From Callorhinchus milii (taxonomy: Eukaryota): DNA of 64,000 bases. Shown here one piece after another: positions 53,261 to 64,000 of this stretch (the first letter of the stretch is position 1; the number at the start of each line of letters is the position of its first letter). Below the pieces are notes generated by a model, which saw only the letters and a program-made list of their open reading frames with translations, had not been told where the DNA came from and made no database searches. The stretch is from assembly GCF_018977255.1 (NCBI RefSeq), contig NW_024704742.1, positions 99,512,001-99,576,000 of the forward strand, read 5' to 3'. Made by a program: the position numbers and the translations under genes.

Positions 53261-53859
53261 CTGAGACTGTGTGCAGAGTTTCAGAGGACTGAGTGTAGAG
53301 ACTGCTGGGGAGACAGGGACCAAATGCAAAGAGACAGACTAGAGGGCAAAAAGCTTAGGCTGAACCAAAATAAAGTACTGCAGTTAATTTCTTACTACTT
53401 TACTCAAAATACTTAACTACAGAGTACACACATTTAGATTTGCTGCATCCTTCAGGCTGAGCATTGATTTGTAGTTGCAGAAAAATAAGTCAACCATTCA
53501 GATATAGGAACTGAAAATATGTATTCTCCATTCAGGACATTCAGAATTACATTACTCTTCATCCACAGCATAAATAGTTAACAATGTTTATGCTTTTTTT
53601 TTAAATGATACACCTGTACTTTGATCAAAATAAATGTTTCACAAAATCATGTAGAGATTTTACAGAGGATAACTTGCATTTCAGTCCAAGTAGTTAAGAA
53701 AAGACATTTGAATGGCTTCTTCAGCCAGATACATGATGATCATTTAATATAGGGAAACGTTCACCAATTTACTTGTTAGTAGATTTACTGGTCTCCACAT
53801 AAGTAAATGTTATCCCAAAACCAAACGTATTAAGGATTTGTAGATCCTCAGATTGTAGC

Positions 53860-54354
53860 TATGCTGATACTCCACTCCAGGGAGAAAGCTGCATTGTCAG
53901 AGATACTGTCCTTTGGATGGGGAGGGGTGTCGAATCTGCCTGCATTCAGGTTGATGTGAAACATGACACTATTTGAAAAGAGAAGGGAGTTCTTTCTGAT
54001 GTGTTGGCCGACCATCCTACAGATAAATTGATCATTCACCACATGTCTTTAGGTGTCAGCCTGGTTTAGTTGGTAGCACTCTAGCCTCTGAATCAGAAGA
54101 TGTTGGTTCAAGCCCCTATGTCAGGACTTTGAACTCACATAAATTGACACACTTTCTCCTGGTGTCCTGGTCAACAATAACCAAGCATAATTGGTTATTC
54201 ACTTTATGGGTGTTCATGGGACATTGCTGGGTGAAAATGGGCTGCCATATCACCTACAAATACAGTCACTACACTTTACTGTGTATCTTGTGAAGAGCTT
54301 TGAGACATCCTCCTGATATGAAAGGCGCTATATCAAATACAAGGATTATTATTA
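53860..54354 (+). mobile_element. Two adjacent Deu-SINE copies (core fragment 53860-54040; internally deleted copy 54052-54354)
   Basis: A Deu-like core, then a new head ggtgtcagcctggtttagttggtagcactctagcctctgaatcagaag running to aaggattattatt. Confidence 0.75.
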
Positions 54355-54790
54355 TGTGTGATGTAGTCTGTGGTGTGGCAAAATAATTTTTGTGTGTAGT
54401 GTTTAATGTCTGTTGTTCTATTGTGTTGTGTATAATATGTCTATTATGTGCTGTATAGTTGTCTATTGTGTGTCATATAATCGGTCTAATGTGTGGTGTA
54501 GACTGTCTGTTGTGGAGTGTATATGTTTTTATGTGTGGTGTGTATGTCTGTGGTGTGGTGTATGAGTTTCTGTGTGTGATGTATAATGTCTTCTATGTGG
54601 TGTATGAGTTTCTATCTGTAGTTTACAATCTGTCCATTGTGTAGTGTATGAGTTTCTGTATGTGGGTATAATCATCCAACTGAGGTATATACAGTAATCC
54701 ATTGTGTGTGGTCTCTGTGTTTGTGGCTCTGGTTTTTAACATTTCTGAAAAGACACTGTTGTGTGTGTGTGTGTGTGTGTGTGTTTCCCT
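54355..54790. repeat. TG-rich low-complexity region ending in (TG)n
   Basis: Directly visible, with recurring tgtatgagtttct. Confidence 0.85.
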
Positions 54791-55624
54791 GTTCGCCCCT
54801 GTCCTGAGCATTCCCTTCCCCCTCTGTTAGATAACAGTGTAGAGACAGTATTTGCAAAGAGCAAACTCTTGCTGGAGTACAGAGCCATGCAAGAGGCACA
54901 CAATTAATGGGAGCTTGCAGCAACCAATAGGCAGCTCATTAAAGCCTTTGGCTGATTCCCATTCCCCCCCCCCCCCACCCCAAAAAAGAAGACTGATTCT
55001 CTAAAACTATCCTGCCTGGTTTGGAGCCAAATACTGAAAGTATCCACACCTAACATTTACGCTTCTCTGACTGCACTGCAAAAAAACATGCAACAGAGAT
55101 GGTAGTGGTTGTTTGTTGGCAATAACCCCCCACTACCACTACCACCACCTCTGCAGTGTGCTGGTTGATAACAATGTTACTGTTTGGACATGCTGAGCGT
55201 ATTTTATTTTCAGCCCGTGGCAGTGCATTAAGGAGCTATCATTTCCTCATCCTTCCTCTCTGAGTGTTTCTGCTACAAAAGAAACTGAAAGCTCAGTGAT
55301 GGGGGAAGGGATGCTCCACAGCTAAACTGACCTGGCCTGCAGAAAGTCACATTTAAAATGTGTGTGTGTTTTTTTAAATACATATAAATAAAAAAAGGCC
55401 TCTCATAAATAACTGCAGTTTTCTATCAATCAATAATGCATACACTCGCTGGTTCCTAGCGGTGTCTTTGTTTGCTAAAATGGGATCCTGTCTGCAGGGT
55501 GTGCATGCTGTTCTTTCACTTTGAATTGTGCTTTTCTTTTTATATAAAAAAAGCAAAGATGTGTTAGCAATCTGGCCAATACATTTTCATGCAAAAATCG
55601 TAACCGATTTATTTGTAATATGGA

Positions 55625-57383
55625 GCTCGGACATCACCATCATCAATAAAGCCATCTCAGACCACCATTTCATCTCCCTCAACACCTCAGTATCTCTTCC
55701 CCCTTCCCAACTCTCCACCATTACATAGCGTCCATGGAAAAAAAATTCTCCCTCTCCACTGCCCTGGAGTTCATCTGAACTCCTACACCTCTGGCCCTCA
55801 CTAACCGATCTCCCCTCCTCACTCTCCTTTCTCCACAACGCCCTCTCCTCCATTCTGGACTCCATTGACCCCCTCACCTCCCGAACTGCCTCATACTCCC
55901 GTAAATCCCCCTGGTACACCAGCCATCTCCATTTCCTCAAGACACAAGTGTGAGCTACCGAACGCGCCTGGACCAAATCCAAACTCACCGACCATTGGCA
56001 GATTTGGCTTCACCATACCAAGATCTACCGCTGCGCTCTTGCCTCTGCCAAATCCTCCTTCTACTCCAAGGTTATCTTGGAGGCAAAGGACAACCCCCGG
56101 CTTCTCTTTTCCACCATACACCGTCTCCCTCTGCCTCCGTGTCCTCCTCGACCTCTCTGCCGCCTTCGACACTGTCAACCATTCCATCCTCATACATTGC
56201 CTCTCCTCTTTACTCAATCTTCACGGACCTGCCCTTGCCTGGTTCGATTCCTATCTCTCTCACCGTCTCCACTTCGTTGCCTCTAACGGTTTCTCCTCCA
56301 GGCCCCGCACCGTCACGTCTGGCGTCCCCAGGGCTCTGTCCTTGGCCCTCTCCTCTTTAATATCTACATGCTCCCCCTTGGTGACATCATCCACAGACAT
56401 GGGGTCAACTTCCGCATGTATGGGGATGACACCCAACTCTATCTTTCAGCCTCCACCCTCAACTCCAGGCTACTGCTGTCCTGACAGACTGCCGGTCGGA
56501 CATCAAGTCCTGGATGAGGGCAAATTTCCTACAGTTGAATGTGAACAAGACTGAGGCCCTCCTGATTGGCTCGCGCCAGCGCCTCAGCACCTCAGGCTCT
56601 GGCAACATCAACCTCCATGGTTGCACACTACAACTCACCAAACCAGTCAGGAACCTCGGTGTCTTGTTCGACCCTCAACTGTCTTTTCTCCCCCACATTC
56701 AAGCCATGACCCGCTCTGCCTTCCCTCACCTCCGTAACATCGCCCGACTCCGCCACTACCTCACCCCTCAGGCCACTGAAACTCTTGTTCATGTCTTCAT
56801 CACCTCCAGGCTCGACTATGCAAACGCCCTGCTTGTCGGCCTTCACAACTCCTCCCTCCACAGACTGCAGATAATCCAGAACTCTGCAGCCCGTGTCCTC
56901 TCCCGCACCAAACTCCGTGACCCCATCTCCCCCACTCTCGCCCGACTCCATTGGCTCCCTATCCTTCAGAGGATCCAGTTCAAGATCCTGGTCCTCACCT
57001 ACAAAGCCCTCCATGGCCTCGCCCCACCCTACCTCTGCGACCTCCTAACTCCCTACCAACCTCCGCTCAGCCGGCTCCGGTCTGCTCCACGTCCCCCGCC
57101 CCACCCGCCCCACCATTGGTGGGAGAGCCTTCAGCCACTCTGCCCCCAACCTCTGGAATTCCATCCCCCAATCACTCCGTCTCGCCCCCTCCTTAGCCTC
57201 CTTCAAGTCCCGCCTCAAGACCCTCCTCTTCGACCATGCCATCGGCCAACTCCCTCCCCGCCCCTCCCTTAGCCCCCCCCAACCCCAGCTCGGGTCTGAA
57301 ATGCTGTACTCTGTCCAGCGCCTTGGGACGTCCTCCCGACGTGAAAGGCGCTATACAAATGTAATCTTGCTGTTGTTGTTGTT
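55625..57383 (+). mobile_element. L2-clade LINE, 5'-truncated, internally deleted and frameshifted
   Basis: End of the APE endonuclease (ISDHHFISL), RT motifs LLDLSAAFDTVNH, frameshifted GVPQGS and YGDDTQLY (56419-), then LQLNVNKTE, VRNLGVLFD, ITSRLDYANALL, LHWLPI..RIQFKIL, followed by a 3' stem-loop and (TGT)n tail. Confidence 0.93.
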
Positions 57384-59802
57384 CAAGACCGATCCTCACC
57401 AGACATGTTATCATACACATCAGTCTGTTTTTCAGACAAAACACAGAATAAGAATCTCAGGGAAAGCGCTTAAAGAGACCGTGGTGTTTTTGACCTGCTG
57501 CAGGGACATACAGCAAACCATAAAACAAATGTTGAGGTTTTTTGTTGGTCAGACAGGTGTTTCACACATGCAGAAATCCATCATCGGGCTTAAGAGTATC
57601 CAAACAGACTGAGAATTCCATGGAAAAAAACATTCTTTTGAATGAATTTCAGTTATCTCTTGCCTTTGCACATTCTTCAACCCTCAATTTAAAAAAATTC
57701 AGTTAATGTGACCGACCTCCATCTGTCCTTATGGTACAATTGTTCTCGTAGAAATGGTAGATATGCTGCAAGAACAGTCCTAAAACATTTAAGAATGTGT
57801 TCATAGTTTTTCAAATAATTATAATAAAGCAAGGGCATTAAAATATGACAGCATTTTATGGGTGTTTCTGCTCAACTCTGGACCTTCAAGTCAATGTATT
57901 TCATTTTTGAATATTGAGACACACTGTAGCAATTTACGATGTGTTTTGAATGCTCAAATATATTTTTTAAGTTTGCTTTCACAGTGTAGTTTTATACATA
58001 ATGTAAAACTTTTTAAAAAAACGATTTGCAGCTGTGCCTGTGTCCAGCCTTCATGATGTCCAGCCACTTTTCATGAGCTACATGGATTCAAAATTATTAC
58101 TGTCCTTGAAACTTGTAACTAAAAACATAATCTGTACATCGTCATTTTGGCATTTTTCATGTCTAATATAAATGTTTCATTCCAGAACACTGGACATATG
58201 GTAATCATTTATAAACAAAATAATATTTTCACTTTGAGATTCTTTTACCATCTTGAGTAACGGCACCTTTTAATCATTACTACTCTTCTTTAAAATGAAG
58301 ATTCCTTTTACATTCACATACAGTATTTATTCTTTTACAACAGACACTGCCAACGGAGTGGCGATAGGATTCCTTGAATTTCAGTTTCAAGGAAGAACCT
58401 TCACATCTGATGCCAGTTCTCAACAGGCTCCAAAGCAAATTGATTTGAAGCAGGCTGGTGTAAATGCTAGCCGAATCCCACGTCTCCTGTACAGCTCCCA
58501 CCACAAGTTGCATTGTAAATGCTTGCATACACCATATGTGTGGCTCATACCTCAGTGCCACACCATGATGTCTCAGCCTTTATACAGTGAACCAGAATTT
58601 TCTCCCTTTACACTCTTTTGATGATTTTTTTGTAGAAAAGCCAGTGCTAGCATTGTTATTGCTGTTCTATATTTGTTATTTTCATCTAGTTTCTACATCA
58701 AATGGTTCCATTTTAAGGGGTAAATATGACCAGATGACCCATACTAGGAATCAGATCTTTACAGTGCCGAAGGAGATAAGTCAGCCATTCAAATCTGCAC
58801 AGGTTCTCGGAGCAAGCTATTCATTCAATCCCACTGTCACCATACCCTTTCAAGCCTAAACACAGGAACACAGAAATTTTGCTACAAAAGGCATTCGACC
58901 CACCATGACCATGCCAGTTTAGCTGGGATCCAGCTTAAAAAAATCATTCTTCCAGTATTCATGTAGTTTTTTTAATTTCCTACTCTGGGCAATTATCTTT
59001 ATGGTCCTTATAAGTGAGAGCCAATTTAATGCCACACCACATTAGCAACAATATGCGCAAGGTTTTCCTCTAAACTCACAGATTGGTCCTACTGTGTCTC
59101 TTTAGTCACTGTTACTGGTTTGTGTTTGTTCTCCCTGGTTTAGACTGCACAGAAAGCTTGATGAAAAGTAGAGATTTGATTTTATGTGCTTTGATTATAC
59201 ATTACCTTTCATTCATAGACTGTAGAAAAAGGGAAGAATTATCTGTAGTTGGCATTTGGCATATGCATGTTATGTCCAAAATGTTGTGTGGATGAGGCGA
59301 TGGGGAGGAGGTGGGGGGTGGGGGAGCATGGAGGGCAAAGTGTTCTGGCTCAGTGATAAATACTGAGCTGTGGAGTACTCAACCGTGTCAACCACAAGTA
59401 ATTCCCAAGTAATTTGTAATGCCCCATTCAGCTTTCAGAGCTGGTCCAGGAGTAGCTTAGTTTTCAGAGGTAGAACAAGAAGTAGGCACTGATGGAGGTC
59501 TGTTTCATCTGATCTCTGGGGGCAATATAAATCATTGCCTCAAGGTTTGTTATCAGCCATGATTTCTTTTCATAAGTTAGCGAAGCTATCAGCTAACCCT
59601 GACAAGCCAGTAAAGCGGTTTGAGCAATGCTGGCTCAATCCAGATGTTCCCTGAACTCCATGGTCAGAAAATAAAGCCAAGTTGCACTGAGAATTATCCA
59701 TGCAATGTAAAGTTGTTCCTGCAGTTGTTTGGAATTCCACACCCAGAATAAACGGGGGAGGGGGAGAATTTCACACACTAGCAGCCTCAGAATCAGGTCT
59801 AT

Positions 59803-60051
59803 CAGGCAGGGCGAAACCTTGGGCAATTTTCCTTACTCCACATGCCTGATAGTAATCCCTCAAGAAAAAAAATAAGAAGAATTTGGTCACTCAATCCACA
59901 ACTGTTTGTGGGACATTGCTGTGCGCAATTGGCTGCCACATTTTGCCCACAAATATACAGTCAATTCGCTTTACAGTATATTCTGCGAAGAACTTTGAGA
60001 CATCTAGAACACGTGAAAAGTTCTACATCAAATGCAAGGATTATTATTATT
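59803..60051 (+). mobile_element. 5'-truncated copy of the same SINE
   Basis: Begins at caggcagggcgaaaccttgggc and continues collinearly with the 37866 copy to the (ATT)n tail. Confidence 0.9.
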
Positions 60052-61726
60052 TGAACCAATTCACAAGTAGTCTGAAAGCTTAGTGCAGCATTGAGCATTT
60101 CGAATAAATGCAACTAACAAAGTTTGTTTTATTGCAATAGCTGTGAATTTTCAGCGCTTGTCGTCACAAATGTGGAATGAATCAGTTAATACTCATCATC
60201 TCTCCACTTTAAGATTTTTTTTAAAAAAAGGTTAACTAGGGTATTGTTAAGAATATCTGAGATACGTTGACATATTAGAAAATCCTCGGAAAGCAGTTGT
60301 TTACGTTCAGTACTTTGTGAAATCATGAAGTGCTGTGATTTTTCACTGCAACAACAGCAACAACAGAAAAGAATCAACCCTTTCACGAAAGGATAGTAAT
60401 GTAAATGAATGGAGTGATGCCTCTCTCTGCGCCAGGCCCGCCATCTTGGAATTGAGCCAACGCAGAGCCGCAGCTGCACATTTCCACTCCCTGCCGTCTG
60501 ACCCCGTTTCCCTAGTTACAGCGACAGACGTGATAAGCATACGATTGTATCCATCCCTGTACCTGAATCTTCAGGAATGCAGAGTCTGATTGAGAACGGT
60601 CATTTCGTGGCCTCCTTCCAATAAACACTCCTTCCCGCTTTCAATTTTATTTTAAAAATAAATTTAAAATGTTTCATTTTTGGGGGGAATTTTTGAATTA
60701 AAATCCGCCTGCAGGTAATGGTGGGTCTATGGAGAAGGCCTGTAGGTGAGGCTTCATTTCTTCACACACACACACACACACCCTGTTAACATCAAAAGGC
60801 TCATACAGAATGAAATTGCATTTACGCCTTCAGAAATGCCCAAGACAAAAAACAGGAAAAAATACATCCAATTTTGTATCAAAAGAAACAATTCCTACAC
60901 TTACAGCTGAGGCTTTAATATAGATGCTTCAAATGTCTTTTTGGAAAAATTAGAACATTTTTGTTCATATTAATAACTACACAAGGCAAAATAGTGACTT
61001 GCCTGATTAGATCGAATCTCTGCATTGATCAACTTCTCCATTAATAGATAGACATCATGTTTGCCTAATCCCAGAAAGTATTAGGTGTAGGTTGGCCAGA
61101 GCCAAGGCTTGAGGACCTCTGTGTGCGTTGGGTACTGCTGGAGTCTAACATGCTGAACCCGCAGCTTGCCATTCAGAGCGCTGCTGGCAAGCTTTCCCAC
61201 TGGTTGTCCAGCTAGGAACACCCTAGCCATTAGGACTTTGGTTTGCAGAATTAACAGGAGCTGAATGGGAAGAGTCCCTGCCCCCAGTGGCTGGCTTGCC
61301 CTTCCAAGTCCTTTTGATGAGCCAGGCCAGGCTGGCTGTGCTGACATCAGCAGTTCCCTGGAATACTGCGGACTTGCCAGGCTCAGGAACCGGACGACTG
61401 AGAGACCGCCACAGAAGTTTGAATGGATTCCGACATTCAGTCGACAAACATGTCACCTTGGAGCCAGTTCAGTTCCAAGGCGACCCCGCTTACTCCCCCC
61501 GCACCCCCCCAACACACCCCCAATCCCTGTTAACCGGGATAGTCATTTTCTGTTTCCTTTTGGTTGCTCTTCAGTGGTGAGATTGGAAGATGTTCAGGGG
61601 TTTAAGTCCAAAAAATGACGTTTCAGAAACACTTGTGTCCTCAAACATTAATATATCCAGTGTGTAAAGAAAAAAAACCAAGTTGAGTTGTTGAGGTTGG
61701 AGGGTGTGAATATGTGGGGCTGGAAA

Positions 61727-61795
61727 AGCGCTCTGAGACGCCGTCCGGCGTGGAGGGCGCTGTATAAATGCAAGTTGTTGTTGTTGTTGTTGTTG
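61727..61795 (+). mobile_element. L2 3' tail only
   Basis: Stem-loop agcgctct..acgcc gtcc ggcgt..agggcgct, then tataaatgcaag(TTG)n. Confidence 0.75.
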
Positions 61796-61925
61796 GGAAA
61801 GGCTCCCAGTGAGATTGCTTGAAGGAGATATTGCAGATATTGCAAAGTGCCAATTCTTTCCTTCCCCTCTTTAAACCCTCCTCCCTTTTCTTGCTCTCCT
61901 TTTCTCCTCTTTCCCTCCTCTCCCA

Positions 61926-61966
<41 letters not shown>

Positions 61967-62064
61967 ACCGCGCTGCAGCGGCTCAGCCAATCAGAGGCTC
62001 GGAAAGGGCAATGTACGGCTTGTGATTGGCTGCTGCTGCCGGTCAGACAATCACTGTGTGGAGC

Positions 62065-62955
62065 CCAGAGACAGAGAGAGAGGGGGAGGGGGAGGGGGTG
62101 AGGGGGGGTGAGGGGGGGGGGGAGGGGGAGGGGGGAGGGTGAGGGGGGAGATGAGAAGGGAGGGGGTTGGGGATAAGGAGAGGGGAGGGGGAGGAGAGGG
62201 GGGAGGGGTGAGAGGGGGGGAGGGGGGGAGGGGGAGAGGGGGGGAGAGGGGGGAGGGGAGAGGGGAGGGGAGAGAGGGGGAGGGGGAGGGGAGGAGAGGG
62301 GGGATGAGGGGGAGGGGGGTTGGGGATAAGGAGAGGAGGGGAGGGGAGAGGGGGGGAGAGGGGGGAGAGGGGGAGAGGGGGGGGGGGTTGGGGATAAGGA
62401 GAGGGGAGGGGAGGGGAGAGGGGGGGAGAGGGGGGTGAGAGGGGGAGGGGAGGGAGAGGGGGAGGGGAGGAGGGGGTGAGAGGGAGGGGAGGGGGGGTGA
62501 GAGGGGGAGGGGGGTGAGAGGGAAGGAGAGGGGGAGGAGAGGGGCTGAGAGGGAGGGGAGGGGTTAGAGGGGAGGGGAGAGAGGAGGGGGAATGGAGGGT
62601 GGGATCGCGAGAGGAGAGAGGGGGGGGAGGGGGGAAGAAAGGGAGAGGAAGAGAGAGGGGGCAGGGAGAGTGGGATCCAGAGGAAGAGAGAGAGGGGGTG
62701 AGAGCAGGAGAGATGGGGGAGAGATGGGGGGTTGTAGGGGGGCAAGAGGGTGAAAGGATGAGAGAGAGAGGGGGAGAGAGTGGAGGTAGAGAGGGGGGAG
62801 AGAGCGCGAAGGGGGGAGAGGGGGAGTGGGAGAGAGAGAGGAGGGGGGAGAGATAGAAGGGTAGGGTGGGAAGAGGGAGAGAGGGGGGAGAGAGTGTATA
62901 GCCTGGGAGAGAGGGAGATTTTGTGGCAGAGCCTGGGAGGAGGAGGGCGAAGGAG
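62065..62955. repeat. G/A-rich low-complexity tract
   Basis: Almost pure G/A with many G4-G10 runs; GGGGGTTGGGGATAAGGAGAGG recurs three times. Confidence 0.95.
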
Positions 62956-64000
62956 TGGGAGTCAGTGCAGAGCCTGGGAGTCAGGCGACTATATTTGAAT
63001 ATTTTATTAGAATGGTTAACCCAAAAGGACTGGGATTACACCCAAAAGAACTTGTTTATAAATTCAAAAAAAAAGCATTTAGATTAAGTGTTAGGGAGTA
63101 CAATGTGTTTTCTTTCGTTGGAAAAAAAAGTATAAAAACGTGTCATTGACTTATTCAGATCACAGGAAAATCCACTGCCATTTAATATTTACCCTAAAGC
63201 GTCCCGTTTTTGTTCACCAGACTGTGGTTAATGCTCGTTTGTCCTGACTCTGGTCCCATTAATCTCTCATTTTTCAGTGAGACAAATGGTACTGTACATC
63301 CAGTATTAAGCATTACATGAAACATTAGGAGCTTTAAGAAATCTTGCTTAAATGTCATGATGACTTTCTGAATCAAACCTTCATTCTGATATTTAAGCGT
63401 AGACTTTATAAACATCTGAATGTTCCTTGCTTGCTGTTTTGCAGTGGAATATTTGGGAACGCTTAAAAGAGTTAAAGCTGGTTTGTCACAAAATAATTAA
63501 CTTACATTCTGGCCTGCTGTACATCACATTGGAATTTTTTGTCTATTGAATCTTATCTTGTTGCATCGAAGTAACAACAATTTGGTAGGATTTGTTGTAG
63601 TAAAACTAGAGAAGTCAACACCCACCGTTAAGGCTTTCAAAAGAATAATTCCCATTCGGTTGAGGTGTTGGAGAGTATATGTAGCCTATAGAAGGGCAAC
63701 TGAGTAGAATGAAAACTAGGAGTCAAAATGCTTTTTTTTAAGAGCGGAGGAAGGATGAGAGGAAATTGGAGACAAAAAACACGACAATTCATCATGATGA
63801 CAACAATGATACATGCTTCTTTCTCCTCATAAGAAAAGATCTGCCAGACACATCTTTTGGAAAATAGTGTCTCTTTATTTCAACATAATGGAGAGTCTTT
63901 GGGTAGCAAAAATGTTATAGAAATAAAATTGTCTCGCTTATCTTTATTAGGCTTGTGTTTTTTTTCACTTGAATCTGAAGTGGTCAGAAATTTCAAAATA

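Noticed and set aside
52134..53329. 298-387 aa Ser/Leu-rich minus-strand ORFs
   Set aside because: Translations of the CT/GA repeat in all three frames.
56514..57272. 252-aa ORF as a host gene or active RT
   Set aside because: C-terminal fragment of a frameshifted, internally deleted L2 ORF2.
61648..62745. 365-aa Pro/Ser-rich ORF
   Set aside because: Translation of the C/T-rich strand of the low-complexity tract.

Overview
Vertebrate genomic DNA, not prokaryotic. The repeat families (a tRNA-headed SINE with an (ATT)n tail, Deu-domain SINEs, LF-SINE-like relics, L2 and CR1 LINEs) point to a cartilaginous fish, possibly a chimaera; this is an inference. The window holds the 5' part of ZNF608 on the minus strand. 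It has a large GC-rich first coding exon (CDS 47495-46386, 370 codons) and a 250-nt second coding exon (25119-24870), separated by a ~21.3 kb intron. The next intron runs off the left end, so the remaining exons lie outside the window. Upstream (47.7-63 kb) is a probable multi-promoter region with candidate non-coding first exons, a 24-bp minisatellite, two long purine-rich tracts, two identically spaced CCAAT pairs and a dead L2 LINE. The introns carry many SINE/LINE relics, one internally deleted hAT (Charlie/Buster) transposon with an intact 8-bp TSD, and repeat-free, motif-dense blocks that look like conserved enhancers. I found no evidence for a new protein-coding system; nearly all other ORFs in the track are chance or repeat-derived. 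The best leads are regulatory: uORFs overlapping the ZNF608 start, possible circRNA formation, the twin CCAAT/purine-tract modules, and a covarying 3' stem-loop shared by the L2 LINE and two SINE families.
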